Assembly (NCBI GenBank): GCA_950097015.1
Contig: CATNEN010000003.1
Coordinates: forward strand, 12,524,001 to 12,588,000
Direction of reading: 5' to 3'
Origin: Macrostomum hystrix
Taxonomy: Eukaryota; Animalia; Platyhelminthes
Length of the DNA: 64,000 bases
Shown here: positions 35,885 through 48,128 of the stretch, piece by piece
Layout of the letters: each line of letters starts with the position of its first letter
How positions within the stretch are numbered: position 1 is the stretch's first letter
The notes under the pieces: generated by a model
Database searches by the model: none
What the model saw: the letters and a program-made list of their open reading frames with translations, nothing else
Told to the model about the DNA's origin: nothing
Program-made: the position numbers and the translations under genes

Positions 35885-37810
35885 TTAAACTGACGTTGAG
35901 TTAGCCAACTGCTCGCACTCCTTGGCTAATTGTACAACGCTGACCGCCTTCAGCAAAACCGGCTTGCCAACATCTGCTGCCCGACCTAGGCCACTGCGAT
36001 TGGGGCCAACAGATGCTAGTTGATGCTGCTGCTGCTGTCGCTGAAGGCTTTGAAGTTTTTGCGCATCGTAGACACTGTAGAGAGCGTATTTTCCTCGGGT
36101 GCGCTGGCGGGTGTAGAAAAACGCCACCCCAGTCACCAGGCCGAGCAGCAGGGCACAGCCAAGCACCACACAGGAGAACAGCAGCGGCAGCTCCGGAGTG
36201 TGCGGCAGTCGATCGTAGCGAAACCCGTCGACTTCGTCGCCTTCGCTATAGCAGAACACGCTGCCTCGTCCAGAACGCTGCCTATGACCTGCTGCAGCCG
36301 AATGGCCTTCAAAGCTGCAGACTAGCTCGCTGGCGTCGGCACGCAGGCAGCAGTCGCTGGGCTGAGCGTCTAGCAGTAGCGTCGAGCCTTGAAGAGACCA
36401 CAGTGAGATCAGGTTGCCAATGTCGGGCCGCTGACCGCGCCGGCGCAGTCGTTCCATCGCAGCTGCTGCCGCGTCTCCATCGACTCTAACAGAGGCCGAG
36501 TGCAGATGCGGCAACCGGCGAGCGATCAACGTCGACACGATCGCTGTTGGCAGATCGGACAGGTTCAGATGCACCAGCCTGGGATTGCCGCTCACATCCA
36601 GGTGAAGCGATCGATTTCCTCTGCCATTGCTAAGAAATTGTTCAGCCAAAGTGGCTGCGCTAGCCAAGTCGGGCAGCCAATTATCAGCCAGAGACAGGCG
36701 AAATCTGCGACGCGTAGAATCGGCGCGCTCGGAATTGGTAGTAAAGTGACCAAAATTAGTCAGCAACGATAACAGCTGACTCTCGCGACCCCACAGGCCG
36801 GATAAGTCGAGAAAGTCTGATACGAAGATCGGCGATTTTGTTGTCATCGCCTCGAGAAGACCGGGATTCTCGGCCAAGTCAAGACCGCCAAATCGTTGAC
36901 CAGCTAGATTTTCGAGCACTTTCGGGCCCAGCTTGTTGCGCCTCAGAAGTAGCATCGTTGGCCCATTGATAAATGTGCCGCAGAAGCTGCCCGGTTTGAA
37001 GACAACGCCAGGCAGCTCCGACAGCTGATTGTCGCTGAGGTCGACCTGACGAGCGCTGAAGTTCACATTGGCCACCGATGTCAGTCGATTGCTACTGAAA
37101 TCGGCCGTTTCATGGACAGCAATCAGTGAGCTATTATTGCCTTCGATGCCTACGAGTTCGACGCCTTTCTCAGAGCGCAGTCGAGTTATGTACAAGCTAG
37201 TAAAGAGTTTGCTGTTGCACCTGCTACTCTGAAGGCTTGTTATACTTGCTGGAAGTCGGTACTCATTGGCCAGCCTCCAGCCAGCCAGAAGGAAGGACTT
37301 AATATTCAGCCTGTACATGTACTCTGTAGCCAGGTTGAGATCGATTGGCTGCGCGAATTCGGTACCGTCAGCTTTCAAAACGTCAACGGTAATCTGTGAA
37401 GTTGTCAGCGAAGCTGGCATTGGTTGAAACAAATGGCCAGGCAGTGGAGCCATCCTTGTGCCGCTAATGTTTAGCTGGGTGATTTGCACAGTACCTAGAC
37501 GATTGCCCGGAGCTGTATCGATGCTGAAGACTGACAGATTAGGATTGCCGGACAGATCTAGCGATTCGATGGTCGAGGAACTAGGCGCGGCTGCAGTTGC
37601 GGTTGTGACCATCGTTGCGCTAGTATCCGGGAAGAACATTAGAATCACTCGACCGGCTAGTCCGCGATTAGACAAATCGATTCGGCTGGCATTCCACGGG
37701 AACACAGCTACTGTGGAGCTGGATGCGGCGCGATCGTCTATTCTTAGAGCCTCTACGGTTCTAAGCCTTAGCTGCAGCAGCAGCAGCAGCAGCAATGGGG
37801 CCAGCGTCAT
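35885..37810 (-). CDS. Leucine-rich-repeat type I transmembrane protein, intronless, 641 aa
   Basis: Signal peptide MTLAPLLLLLLLQLRLRTVEA; LxxLxLxxN repeats (IDLSNRGL, LDLSGNPNL, LNISGT, VDLSDNQLSELP, LDLAENP, LDVSGNPRL); Cys cluster; TM LLFSCVVLGCALLLGLVTGVAFFY; short tail without TIR or kinase. Confidence 0.85.
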   Translation of the reverse strand: MTLAPLLLLLLLQLRLRTVEALRIDDRAASSSTVAVFPWNASRIDLSNRGLAGRVILMFFPDTSATMVTTATAAAPSSSTIESLDLSGNPNLSVFSIDTAPGNRLGTVQITQLNISGTRMAPLPGHLFQPMPASLTTSQITVDVLKADGTEFAQPIDLNLATEYMYRLNIKSFLLAGWRLANEYRLPASITSLQSSRCNSKLFTSLYITRLRSEKGVELVGIEGNNSSLIAVHETADFSSNRLTSVANVNFSARQVDLSDNQLSELPGVVFKPGSFCGTFINGPTMLLLRRNKLGPKVLENLAGQRFGGLDLAENPGLLEAMTTKSPIFVSDFLDLSGLWGRESQLLSLLTNFGHFTTNSERADSTRRRFRLSLADNWLPDLASAATLAEQFLSNGRGNRSLHLDVSGNPRLVHLNLSDLPTAIVSTLIARRLPHLHSASVRVDGDAAAAAMERLRRRGQRPDIGNLISLWSLQGSTLLLDAQPSDCCLRADASELVCSFEGHSAAAGHRQRSGRGSVFCYSEGDEVDGFRYDRLPHTPELPLLFSCVVLGCALLLGLVTGVAFFYTRQRTRGKYALYSVYDAQKLQSLQRQQQQHQLASVGPNRSGLGRAADVGKPVLLKAVSVVQLAKECEQLANSTSV

Positions 37811-39070
37811 TTTCAGTTTTATAGTGGATGTCCGAAAGCGCTTATCTGTTGATACGAAGTTACGAAGTTGGAGAAGTGCAAGTTATTATTATAAAAAATA
37901 ATATTAAACTGTACTATTGTGGGTGCTAGCTGTCCTGAGTTTTTTGCAGACTTCAAAACGGACTTATTTCGCTTTTATAGTGGAGTCGTCACCGAGCGGC
38001 CCCTTTAAGGTTGGCTACGAGAAGGAGGGAGGTGTCTGAAAAGGGAAAAGAACTTTGCCGACCTAAATTTGGAATCCCTGAATCATCTAAGCCCAGACTT
38101 ACTCTTGGCATCGTTCAGCCTCTCCCCTAGAAGTTGAGTCACCTCCCATCCCGTGTCCCCGTCACTAGCTACCCCAGATCTAGGAGGAACTCCCCTTCAG
38201 GATTCCCCTTCACTCGGATGGGATGAAATCTGTATTCAGTTCGTACACTTGGAACAGTCGAGACAGAGAGAGGGAGAATGGCGAAGTTCTAAAAATAGAT
38301 TGCTGATTCACTATATCACTAGATCACTACATGGATTCACATACACGGAGGAAGTACTTGAGCCATGCACAATGTGCAGTAGAATTTTTCGCCCACGCAC
38401 TTGCATTTCATAAATCACTGCTGACTAGTGTAGCTTTGCTGTACCAAAGCCTCTAGACTTTTGTTTTTTAGATTCCTCATCAGCAACGAATAATGCGAAA
38501 ACGCGAAAAATGAAAAATAACTTTAGGTTCTTGTCACGTGCCTGCCGTAAAAGCGGTTTTGCGCGCCAAAATAGAAATGCATATTTCTTACAAATATGGC
38601 TTCGCAAGCATGCGCTGCCGTTTAATATTTATTGGTCCAATACGCATTTCGGTTTCGAAATGAATATAGGTCGTATTATGCATGAATTCAAACTCTAAAA
38701 AATGAAATGAGTCACTGGATTCTTAACTCCACCGATTACTATGCCGATGTAAAAAGAAGAAAGGAGTTTCTATTGAACGAACGTAAAATAGAACTGTGTT
38801 TTCTTCTACATTCACTTAATTTGAACTTTGCGCTAGGAATTGTTACATGATTTCCATATCTTTTTGAAACTTTAGACTTCAGTTCTTACATGCTTTGCCT
38901 CAACCTAAAGATATTAATACGAGACTGTATATTTAATCTAAATGGCGGCTTGGCTGGGAATTCTCTCTCCGGTTTCCAGATTCAGAGCTCTATGCCTGAG
39001 CACAGCACTGCACACACTCACAAGTGTGTACATCTGCCTTGGCTTTTTAACCGTCAGGCAGTGTATAATA

Positions 39071-39520
39071 CGGGTCGGTGGCAGAGCGGTTAACGAGTTT
39101 GCCTCTCGTCCGAAGGTCCCTGAGCTCGACTCCACGGCGAGGCCACATTTATTTGTGGCTCCGTGGCGCAGCCGCGGAGAGAAGGCTTGGGGGCTTGTCG
39201 TACAGTTTACGCCCTTGAGGGCCAACCTCCAAGGCACAGTGATAGTGTTCACTGCACTGACGATGAGAAATGCAGTACAGATGTACACACCTATGTGAGC
39301 GTATGCCTGCGTACGGTATGCCTGCTCAGGAGTCAGCGAAAAGGGCAGAATTGCCTCCTCGCTGGCTGCGGGTCTACTGCCACCGAATGATGTGCCATTG
39401 TCCGCAGCCCTCCTGCGATTATTATAATTATTGTTTGTGTGCAGTGTGGCTTCGCTTTGGAATCGAGCTCAGGACCTTGGTGCGAGAGTAGAACGCTTTG
39501 GCTACTTCATTGTTAGCATT
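39071..39520 (+). mobile_element. Second tRNA-derived SINE-like family, copy 1
   Basis: Head GGTCGGTGGCAGAGCGGTTAA (A box) ... GAGCTCGACTCC (B-box-like); body GGGCCAACCTCCAAGGCACA...CAGATGTACACACCT...GCTCAGGAGTCAGCGAAA shared with 40783-41160 and 55485-56105. Confidence 0.75.
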
Positions 39521-40782
39521 TGTCCTTATGCATAACACAATATATTTTGTCTGAACACTAGTGCCCCCAAGGTGGGCTTAGTGTGCTAGTTTATTAACTA
39601 AAACGATGAAATCCTCGGCAAAAATAAGACTTACCAAAAAGACGGAGCCAGGTAGATATTTTCGTCTCCTTAAAGATAATTTGTTTTTTTTCAGCTTATA
39701 TTTTTTCGCCTTATGTCTGTGTAATAATTATATGCTTTAGTTTAGGCGGTATATCGGTTGATTTGCAACTAATTTCATATCTGCGTAACTCAGGTGTAAG
39801 GTATTTATATAGACACGCTCGAGGGCGATGGCAGATAAATTGTCCACATTTTTTGTTCATACCAACTTTGAACAATTTTCATTAAACAACGCGCGCTATC
39901 TATGGGCACGCTTGGCTGTGTGCACGCGGTGTTCTCTCTTACTCTCTGTCCTTGGCGCTCTCTGATTGGTTGTCGTTCCGAGCGACAAAAATAGCGTTCC
40001 CTTTAAAATAAGACGCATCTAGGCTGTCAATTTTGGATATCTCTTTCATTTAGTCTAAAAATAGAATGCAGCTGTATTTATTACAATGCAGCATATTTTA
40101 TGGCTTGTTTTCGCTGGCTTAAATTGGAGCCTAGCTGCGAGCGATAAAGTCAGAAAGAATGAAATTTCTCTTTGATGTTATACTCGTACTGCACACCAGT
40201 TGTTTTAGGCTTCTAGAACAGCACATTCCTTTCTGTCTAGGCCATTGGTATTTGTTAATTGTCTAAAGCAGGTGTTTTATGGGTGGTCCCAGGCCAAAGG
40301 TGACACGGGTGCAGTGCAGAAAAAAGGTATTTAGCCGCTTTTAAGATGGTGATCGAATAGCCATTGAACAGTCAACGGCTCGGGCTTGTTCTCTTATCTT
40401 GTCTTGTCACTGTCATTTTATAGCCCTTGTAACACCCTTACCTTATCTAAAAACTGTCTTCTGTTGAAAAGTGAGCGTATACAGGAATGCCATTTACAAC
40501 CCGAGACTGGGTGAAATGTGCGCATTTTTTCCTGTGAGGAGGCATGGCCTGTTGGTTGGGTCACACGTTTTGCTGCCTAGTTTCGAAAAAAACACACAAT
40601 TTGTTTCAGTAATTTTACAATGTCTTACAGATAAGCCTAGAAAATTTCAGATCCAGTTATTAAGAGCCTATATAGTTTAGAATTGCGAACATAATAAAAC
40701 TTGCATGTCTTGGTGTTTTCATTTGGTAATATCAAATCGTAGATTGCAGGGGTGAGTGGCACATACGGATTTTTTCACTCCA

Positions 40783-41160
40783 AGGTCCTGAGCTCGATTC
40801 CGCGGCGAAGCACAACTTATTTGGGGCTTGTCGTGCAATTTACGCCCTTGAGGGCCAACCTCCAAGGCACAAAGATAGTGTTCACTGTACTGATGATGGG
40901 AAATGCAGTGCAGATGTACACACCTATGTGAGCGTATGCCTGCGTACGATATCTGTGTGGAGTGTGCTCAGGAGTCAGCGAAAAGGGCAGAATTGTCTCC
41001 TCGCTGGCTGCGGGTCTACAGCCACCGAATGATGTGCCATTGTCCGCAGCCCTCCTGCAATTATAGTTATTGTTTGTGTACAGTGTGGCTTCGCTTCGGA
41101 ATCGAGCTCAGGACCTTGGTGCGAGAGTCGAACGCTTTGGCTGCTTCATTGTTAGCCTCT
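40783..41160 (+). mobile_element. Same SINE-like family, copy 2 (5'-truncated)
   Basis: Colinear with 39113-39520; near-identical translated stretches (ORFs 39270 and 40903). Confidence 0.75.
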
Positions 41161-42511
41161 TTTGTGTGCCTGTAGACTTGGCTACATTGCTACGTAGTCA
41201 GTTCGTCTCTCGCATTATTATTATTTACGCCTTAGTGAAGTGTTGGTCTCAAAAATATATTTGCCTCGAACGCAAGCTCAGGGACGTTGCTATACGAGAC
41301 ATACCCTTCTGGCACTGTGGCAGCCAGCTCCTGGTGAGTATAAAGAGGCATGATAAATCTTGAAGTGCACTGGACAGGCAGAATATTCCTTATCGCATAA
41401 AATTAATATTCAGCATGAAATAGACCAGCTGCTTTCAGAAGCAGTTAAAACTGTTCTCTTAAAACTGGCAGTATCTGATGCAGACGCACAGTTAAATGAG
41501 CTCTCGCCAGGTGTGCCTACAGCGAATTCTTTAAGACTTATTCTCGCGCATTCATTGTCCTATACTTAAACAGGAGCGGCAATGTTTATAGGCTGCCATT
41601 TTTTAGCATAAAAATAGCCCCTTAAACTGTCTGAAGTGACATTCCTGGAATTCCAAGAGAATACTATGGCATTGTATATATTTTCAGTTTTCTCTTGACC
41701 AGTCAGTCACTTCAATGCAGACAAGCACAGTACAATAGGGTCTGAGTTCTACTCACATGCAGCAAAGTCTATCCCTAGCAAAATACAAAGATTAAGACCT
41801 ACCTCGAAGCTATGCTTGGATGTAGAAGGAATGCAGACTCTATTCTTTAGTGTTGAGAATAATTTTACACCGATTGTGAACACATTTTTTACATTCGTTT
41901 TCCGCAATATTAAACACTCGGTCCTAACTTCTACAATGTCAGATAATTGTGCGCGTTTTTCCGTTGAAGGGAATTTCTAATTTGTTTAACATTTTTTGTT
42001 TTACTTGAATTGACCCAACAAAATCGACCTTGAAGCTAGTTGAAATCTTCGCATTTCCGTCCTAGCTCTTTTTGTTTTATTGACAGAAAAAAAACTGGCA
42101 GTTTTTGCTGCTCACAATATTTTTTGTATTTTACCGTGTTGGTTATTATTAGTTGTTGATTATATATCATTGATTACATTGTTTATTGTAATATTACTGA
42201 ACCAATATGGATTCGCACTAGATGCTTACACAGCAATGTCAGTTGTCCTTGTCACCAGGGTCTTCGACAAGAATCGTTGAATTTCTCGACGATGCATTCA
42301 TTGTAAAGGGCGAACTTTTTTATCCATTTAGTAGACTTTCAAGAAAGTCACCCATTGGTTTGGAAGCTGTCGTGAAATGTCAAAGGACTCAAATAAACAA
42401 AACGGTTTTTGCAATGACCCTCTTCACATGAGCAGTAGAAGTTCGGAACACTTATTAGTTTCTTGGAATTATGTCGAAAGCGGCCTTATCCATTAACTTG
42501 TTGAACTAAAG

Positions 42512-43412
42512 CGGGGGTCGGCAAACACCGGCCCGCGGGCCAGATGCGGCCCTCGAAGCTCCCAAATCCGGCCCTTTGCCCCTTCCGACACCTATACAGT
42601 CTGCTGTCTTATCTCTTCTGTGTCTCATCTCTCCCGTGTCTCATCTCTCCCGTGTCTCATCTCTCCCATGTCTCATCTCTCCCGTGTCTCATCTCTCCCG
42701 TGTCTCATCTCTCCCGTGTCTCATCTCTCCCGTGTCTCATCTCTCCCGTGTCTCATCTCTCCCGTGTCTCATCTCTCCCGTGTCTCATCTCTCCCGTGTC
42801 TCATCTCTCCCGTGTCTCATCTCTCCCGTGTCTCATCTCTCCCGTGTCTCATCTCTCCCGTGTCTCATCTCTCCCGTGTCTCATCTCTCCCGTGTCTCAT
42901 CTCTCCCGTGTCTCATCTCTCCCGTGTCTCATCTCTCCCGTGTCTCATCTCTCCCGTGTCTCATCTCTCCCGTGTCTCATCTCTCCCGTGTCTCATCTCT
43001 CCCGTGTCTCATCTCTCCCGTGTCTCATCTCTCCCGTGTCTCATCTCTCCCGTGTCTCATCTCTCCCGTGTCTCATCTCTCCCGTGTCTCATCTCTCCCG
43101 TGTCTCATCTCTCCCGTGTCTCATCTCTCCCGTGTCTCATCTCTCCCGTGTCTCATCTCTCCCGTGTCTCATCTCTCCCGTGTCTCATCTCTCCCGTGTC
43201 TCATCTCTCCCGTGTCTCATCTCTCCCGTGTCTCATCTCTCCCGTGTCTCATCTCTCCCGTGTCTCATCTCTCCCGTGTCTCATCTCTCCCGTGTCTCAT
43301 CTCTCCCGTGTCTCATCTCTCCCATTTCTCATATTTCTACCTTAAATACGGCCCGCTGTCGTCTTTTAGGTTCCCTCTTTGGCCCTCTAGCTAATAAGTT
43401 TGCCGACCCCTG
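42512..43412. mobile_element. hAT (Charlie-type) MITE with internal minisatellite
   Basis: TIRs C(G/A)GGGGTCGGCAAAC at both ends; perfect 8-bp TSD AACTAAAG (42504-42511, 43413-43420); subterminal CGGCCCGCGGGCC and repeated CGGCCC. Confidence 0.92.
42620..43325. repeat. 16-bp minisatellite (GTGTCTCATCTCTCCC), about 44 nearly perfect units, inside the MITE
   Basis: Exact register; one variant unit near 42668. Confidence 0.97.
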
Positions 43413-43904
43413 AACTAAAGGGTCATAGCGTCGGGTCTTGTGTAATTAATAAAGTTCATCAATCACATAGACCATTGAATAAAATAGAGAAAGAAGTGAA
43501 AAATTGCTGCAAAATTCAGTTGGCTACACTGATGTGCGAAGTAGGCCTAAGAGAGGTTATAATTACTCGACAATGTTTTTTTATAAAAATTCTTCATAGC
43601 TTCGCAGGAATTAATTGTGACCATATTAAAATAAGCAAAGCAATGACCAAGTTTGCTTTAATTTCTATAATAGCTACCTTGTCCAGTAGCCGAAGGTCTT
43701 TGTTACATTTTGCTATCGCTTAGCCTGCGAAATGCATACAGCTAGCGCCTACGCATGCCCGATCGTTACATTTGCGTCACAAAAACTGATCCTCTGAGAA
43801 AACTTTTTCGTACAGTCGAGTGAAAGTTTTATGCAGAACCTGTTTTATAATTAACGAAAATCCGAACAGTGAATTAAAATTAAAATAAAATTTGAATTAA
43901 CAGC

Positions 43905-44445
43905 TCCATCTATCAACTCATAATACAAAATACCTCCACAAAATGCGACACCTGCCAACTAAAACGGTGACAACTACCAACTCAAAATGCGACATCTACC
44001 AACTCAAAATGCGACATCTACCAACTCAAAATGCGACATCTACCAACTCAAAATGCGACATCTACCAACTCAAAATGCGACATCTACCAACTCAAAATGC
44101 GACATCTACCAACTCAAAATGCGACATCTACCAACTCAAAATGCGACATCTACCAACTCAAAATGCGACATCTACCAACTCAAAATGCGACATCTACCAA
44201 CTCAAAATGCGACATCTACCAACTCAAAATGCGACATCTACCAACTCAAAATGCGACATCTACCAACTCAAAATGCGACATCTACCAACTCAAAATGCGA
44301 CATCTACCAACTCAAAATGCGACATCTACCAACTCAAAATGCGACATCTACCAACTCAAAATGCGACATCTACCAACTCAAAATGCGACATCTACCAACT
44401 CAAAATGCGACATCTACCAACTCAAAATGCGACATCTACCTAATC
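43905..44445. repeat. 22-bp minisatellite (AAAATGCGACATCTACCAACTC), about 21 perfect units
   Basis: Exact tandem; degenerate edge units. Confidence 0.97.
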
Positions 44446-44560
44446 TACGAACTAATCTGCCAAACCAAACTGTCAAAAAGCAAATATTTGAGCTGGTCCT
44501 TTGTAACTTTGCGCAAAAGATAGTTTCTCGAAACTTTCGTATGTCTATGCAAGGTTGATC

Positions 44561-44683
44561 ATGTGTGCAATCGATGGCACCAATGACACCATGATGATAT
44601 CATGCAATGACACCTGGCAGTCCCGCGACTGAATTAAACCCGTCCATGACCCGATTAACTTCAGCGTGGCTTCTAGGAAACCA
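44561..44683 (-). pseudogene. PIF/Harbinger transposase (HARBI1-like DDE_Tnp_4) relic
   Basis: Minus strand reads WFPRSHAEVNRVMDGFNSVAGLPGVI[insert with stop]GVIGAIDCTH; the FP...F...G.PGVIGAIDCTH motif holds the first catalytic Asp of Harbinger transposases. Confidence 0.75.
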
Positions 44684-45932
44684 ATCGCGATCAGTCTCAC
44701 TATTGGAATCGTTGCCCTGCACTTCGGCCATAAACAACAGATTTTCGCTTCGCGATAACTTACGAGAACCCTATAGGTTAGCTTGGTGAAACAGCTTTAC
44801 GACACCAATGCGCAAAGTGCAAGCCAAGCGCAAAGTTCGGACCTAGTTCAAGTTCGCCTGCACTTACCATAGAACTTACAATGGTTTCTAGAAAGACCTC
44901 TCTGGTTTGTAAAAAATCAACACATACAGTCTATGCATTCGGTTGCGAATGGAATGTAATTAATGCACTGTACTGGCGATAGTACTAGCACCTATATTTA
45001 TCAAAACCTGCTTTATCAAGAGCATTTAACATTCTCAACCACCTTGGATCATAGCATGCTACACATTCCTGACGAATAAGTTTACAATCTCGAGCGAATT
45101 CCTTTTCTTAGACAGCTACACAGGGCTTGCCCACCATTGTCAACTGATAACTATTCCACCCGGTAACCATGTCAACAACAGATAATGCGCTAAAATTAGA
45201 GACAATTTGTCTTAACGCTATTTCTATTTTGAAGCTTTGTTTTCGAATTCCACCCAATGAGTGGGTGGCAACTTACAAGGTGCTCCATCGACGTTTAATT
45301 AGAATGTAGCTAGTTTTTCTGTGACCAAAGTCTACTTATATAAAAATTAAAGACGTGTAGTAATTATGTGTCGAAAGTACGAGGGTGACAAGACAATTGC
45401 ATCTAGATTTCTAACTAGATACAGCAGTTGTTGAAACTAGGTATTTAGTAAGAACTGCAATCATGTAGTTTGCATGCTGGCTTAATTATTGTTTATTAGA
45501 ACAACAGAGAAAGAAAAATGTCGTGCAATCTTTTACCCGAAGTGGCCCTGCAGTTTGATTGACTTACACACAGATAGAAACAGTTTTTGTGTCGATGCTG
45601 CTAGTTATGATTACGAATTTCCATTCTACTACTGCTTCAGTGTAAATAGTATAGTTTGGATAATAATGACACGTGCATGCAATATAAGGTTAATTTATTT
45701 TTGCTTTTTTTGCATATCAAACAACAAGCCCAAATAAATCGAAAGTTTTTCATTTTAGCTTCCGTTGACAGGAATTAGGATTAGAATTAGGCAATAAAAT
45801 ATAGGTCAGAGAAGGGAAGCCTATCATGCAGAGTCGCATGGATAACTTTAGACAATGTCCAGAAACATAATTTTAGTTAGCAAAGTTTGAGTACCGTGGC
45901 GTCAAACAATAATAAGTTGGATCAATCTTCAG

Positions 45933-46430
45933 GCCTCGCTCTGCTCCTGAGCCTCGCCCAGCCGGCCCGCTGTGGCAGCGAGGTCGAGTGGCTCAGAGTG
46001 GAGACGCCGCGGTGTCTGCCCGACGCTCTGGCTCTGCAGACCAGGCGAGTGTCGAGCAAGCTCATGTGCGTCGGCATTGCGAACACAATGAGCAGTCTGT
46101 TAGTGGCCCAGTTCGACTCGGACACTCGCATGTGCTCGCTGTTCAAGTACATTGTCGTGTGCTACCTCATCGATGGACAAGCCAGCAGTGGGATCTACGC
46201 ACTGCACAGCTGTGCTGCATTCGCCTTCAAGTTCATGACGCTGAGCAGGAAGCTGATGAGCAGTGCGGGCTCGAAGCTGCGTGCAGCCTGGGTGATGAGT
46301 GACGATGAGGAAGCCAGCAAGGGTAACTTGGTGTGCGGCGAGACGCAGCTGTGGCAGTCAGAGTCAGTCGAGTTCAGCAGTGAAGGAGCCAAGTTCGATG
46401 GGAAAGCGTCCAAGATGTGGATGGACAACG
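45933..46430 (+). CDS. Exon of a probable secreted protein with PAN/apple-like Cys motif; other exons not located
   Basis: GC-rich coding-like block after TCTTCAG|; end of a signal-like LALLLSLAQPARC; SSKLMC...FDSDTRMCSL apple-type pattern; then FSSEGAKFDGKAS resembling the start of a LamG-like fold; possible donor AAC|GTTGGC. Confidence 0.5.
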
Positions 46431-46943
46431 TTGGCCTCGTCTTGATGCATACGGGATTCACGGCTCACTTATCCCGTAATAAGTCACCGACTTCATTACT
46501 GGCCTACACCATTTTACCTCCCCAAACAAGTCTTGTTCAAAAGAAACAAGCAGAACTTCAATTCAAACACTTTAAGAAATATCAGCGCTTGCGGAAATTC
46601 AGTTCAAACAAAGTCCCTTTCTATTGAAACAGAAGAAATTCAATTCAGACTGCCAAAATTGTCCCCGAGTGACGCCTATGGACGCCTAAGTTGCTTTCGA
46701 GAAACACCCCCATCCATTTTCTATTTAGCTGCGGAAGTTTACAAAAACAGACACAGACAGCCTTGTCAGCAGGTCTGCGCTTGAACTAAATACTGTACAC
46801 TAGTACCAAAACAGGCCGGCCAACAGGTTAGTTTTATATCGTAAGTTCAGACTAGTCAGATTTTTCAATTTAGTCCTGCCTTTGACCAGCTAAGAAGACA
46901 TTCGATCGTCCGAGCACACTCGGACTCAGACCAAGTGACCGTC

Positions 46944-48128
46944 ATGGCTGTAGCATCGGGAGTTTTGAGAATTTCAAGACTGTACAAAAACAGAGCATGT
47001 CTGGTCGTCTCGCTAGTCAGTTGTACATTCCTGCTGATGCAGTGGTCCCGCCACAATCAATCAAGCCGCAATAATGAAGCAGCAAAAACCTTTGAGTCAG
47101 CCGTGCAAGTTAAAGCGAAGACTCCCAAAGCTCGTGCTTTTGTACACAGCTTCAAGGCTGGCTACGATGCCCTCTTTCAAATGCAGAATCAATCGCTATA
47201 CAACATTCAGAAAAAAACAAAGCTGCCATTGTTGCGACTGTCGGCAGCTGAGAACGACTTCAACTTCCGGGCAGCCCACGGCAAGCTGTGGATGAAGCAA
47301 GTTTCTGTAGTGTTCGTTGGTACTGCTCGAAATGCAAAAGATCAGCTGCCAAGAAACATGGTCGACATTCATCGACTCGGCAAGATGTTCAAGAACTACT
47401 GGATTGTGCTTGTCGAGAACGACTCAAAGGACGGCACTCGGCAGTACCTGATGAATGTGGTGAAGGAGTTCAACCAGACCGTCATTCTGGGCTGTGATCC
47501 GATCAACTCTCCAGCAGAGTGCCAGCTCAACATCAAGTACCGATCTGGGAAGCTGCACAAGCCCGGATGGGCTCAGAAGCGAAGCGACGAAGAGCTGATC
47601 GATCGCGGCGTGACGATGAGCGTGTTGCGCAACATGATTCTGGACTACATCTATGCTCACCTGGCCGACAAGGCCGAGCTCATGATCGCCATCGAGCCCG
47701 ACATCTCCTGGGATCCGTGGAACCTGGACAACATTGCTCAGGGGATGTACTACTTCAGCAGTCGACCGCAGCTTGATCTGCTGTGCGCCAACGGACGTCT
47801 GTGGGGAAAACTGTACGACCCGTGCTCCAGGACCTACTACGCCAAGAAGCACTTTGTGAAAGTGGAAGAGGATGATCTCAGCATCGTGACTGACGCCGAG
47901 GCGGTCGAGCAGAACAAGGTTCCAATCAAGGTAGACTCTTGCTACCAGGCCTTCGCAATCTACCGGATCAGCAGCCTCGTGAAACGTAATGCGCACTACT
48001 ACCCAGTGCCCGGAGAATGGAGTTGCGAGCACAACACGCTTGCCAGACGACTGTCTGAGAAGTACATCGACCCGGCAATGTTCCTGAACATCTACTCGCT
48101 TGTGGTTCATAGCAAGGACCGCTGGTAG
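46944..48128 (+). CDS. Intronless type II membrane GT-A glycosyltransferase, CAP59/GT69-like, copy A (394 aa)
   Basis: N-terminal TM ACLVVSLVSCTFLLM; VVFVGTARN, IVLVENDSKDGT, LRN..L, IAIEPD, C.....LYDP..R, PIKVDSCYQAFAIY, SCEH in the order seen in CAP59-like enzymes. Confidence 0.8.
   Translation: MAVASGVLRISRLYKNRACLVVSLVSCTFLLMQWSRHNQSSRNNEAAKTFESAVQVKAKTPKARAFVHSFKAGYDALFQMQNQSLYNIQKKTKLPLLRLSAAENDFNFRAAHGKLWMKQVSVVFVGTARNAKDQLPRNMVDIHRLGKMFKNYWIVLVENDSKDGTRQYLMNVVKEFNQTVILGCDPINSPAECQLNIKYRSGKLHKPGWAQKRSDEELIDRGVTMSVLRNMILDYIYAHLADKAELMIAIEPDISWDPWNLDNIAQGMYYFSSRPQLDLLCANGRLWGKLYDPCSRTYYAKKHFVKVEEDDLSIVTDAEAVEQNKVPIKVDSCYQAFAIYRISSLVKRNAHYYPVPGEWSCEHNTLARRLSEKYIDPAMFLNIYSLVVHSKDRW

Noticed and set aside
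42544-44558. Overlapping ORFs in all three frames
   Set aside because: Products of the 16-bp and 22-bp tandem repeats
45163-45176. X-box-like GTAACCATGTCAAC
   Set aside because: Mismatch to consensus and no linked gene start
47424-48110. 228-aa antisense ORFs (also 50802..51488)
   Set aside because: Shadow frames of the GC-rich glycosyltransferase CDS; duplicated only because the sense gene is
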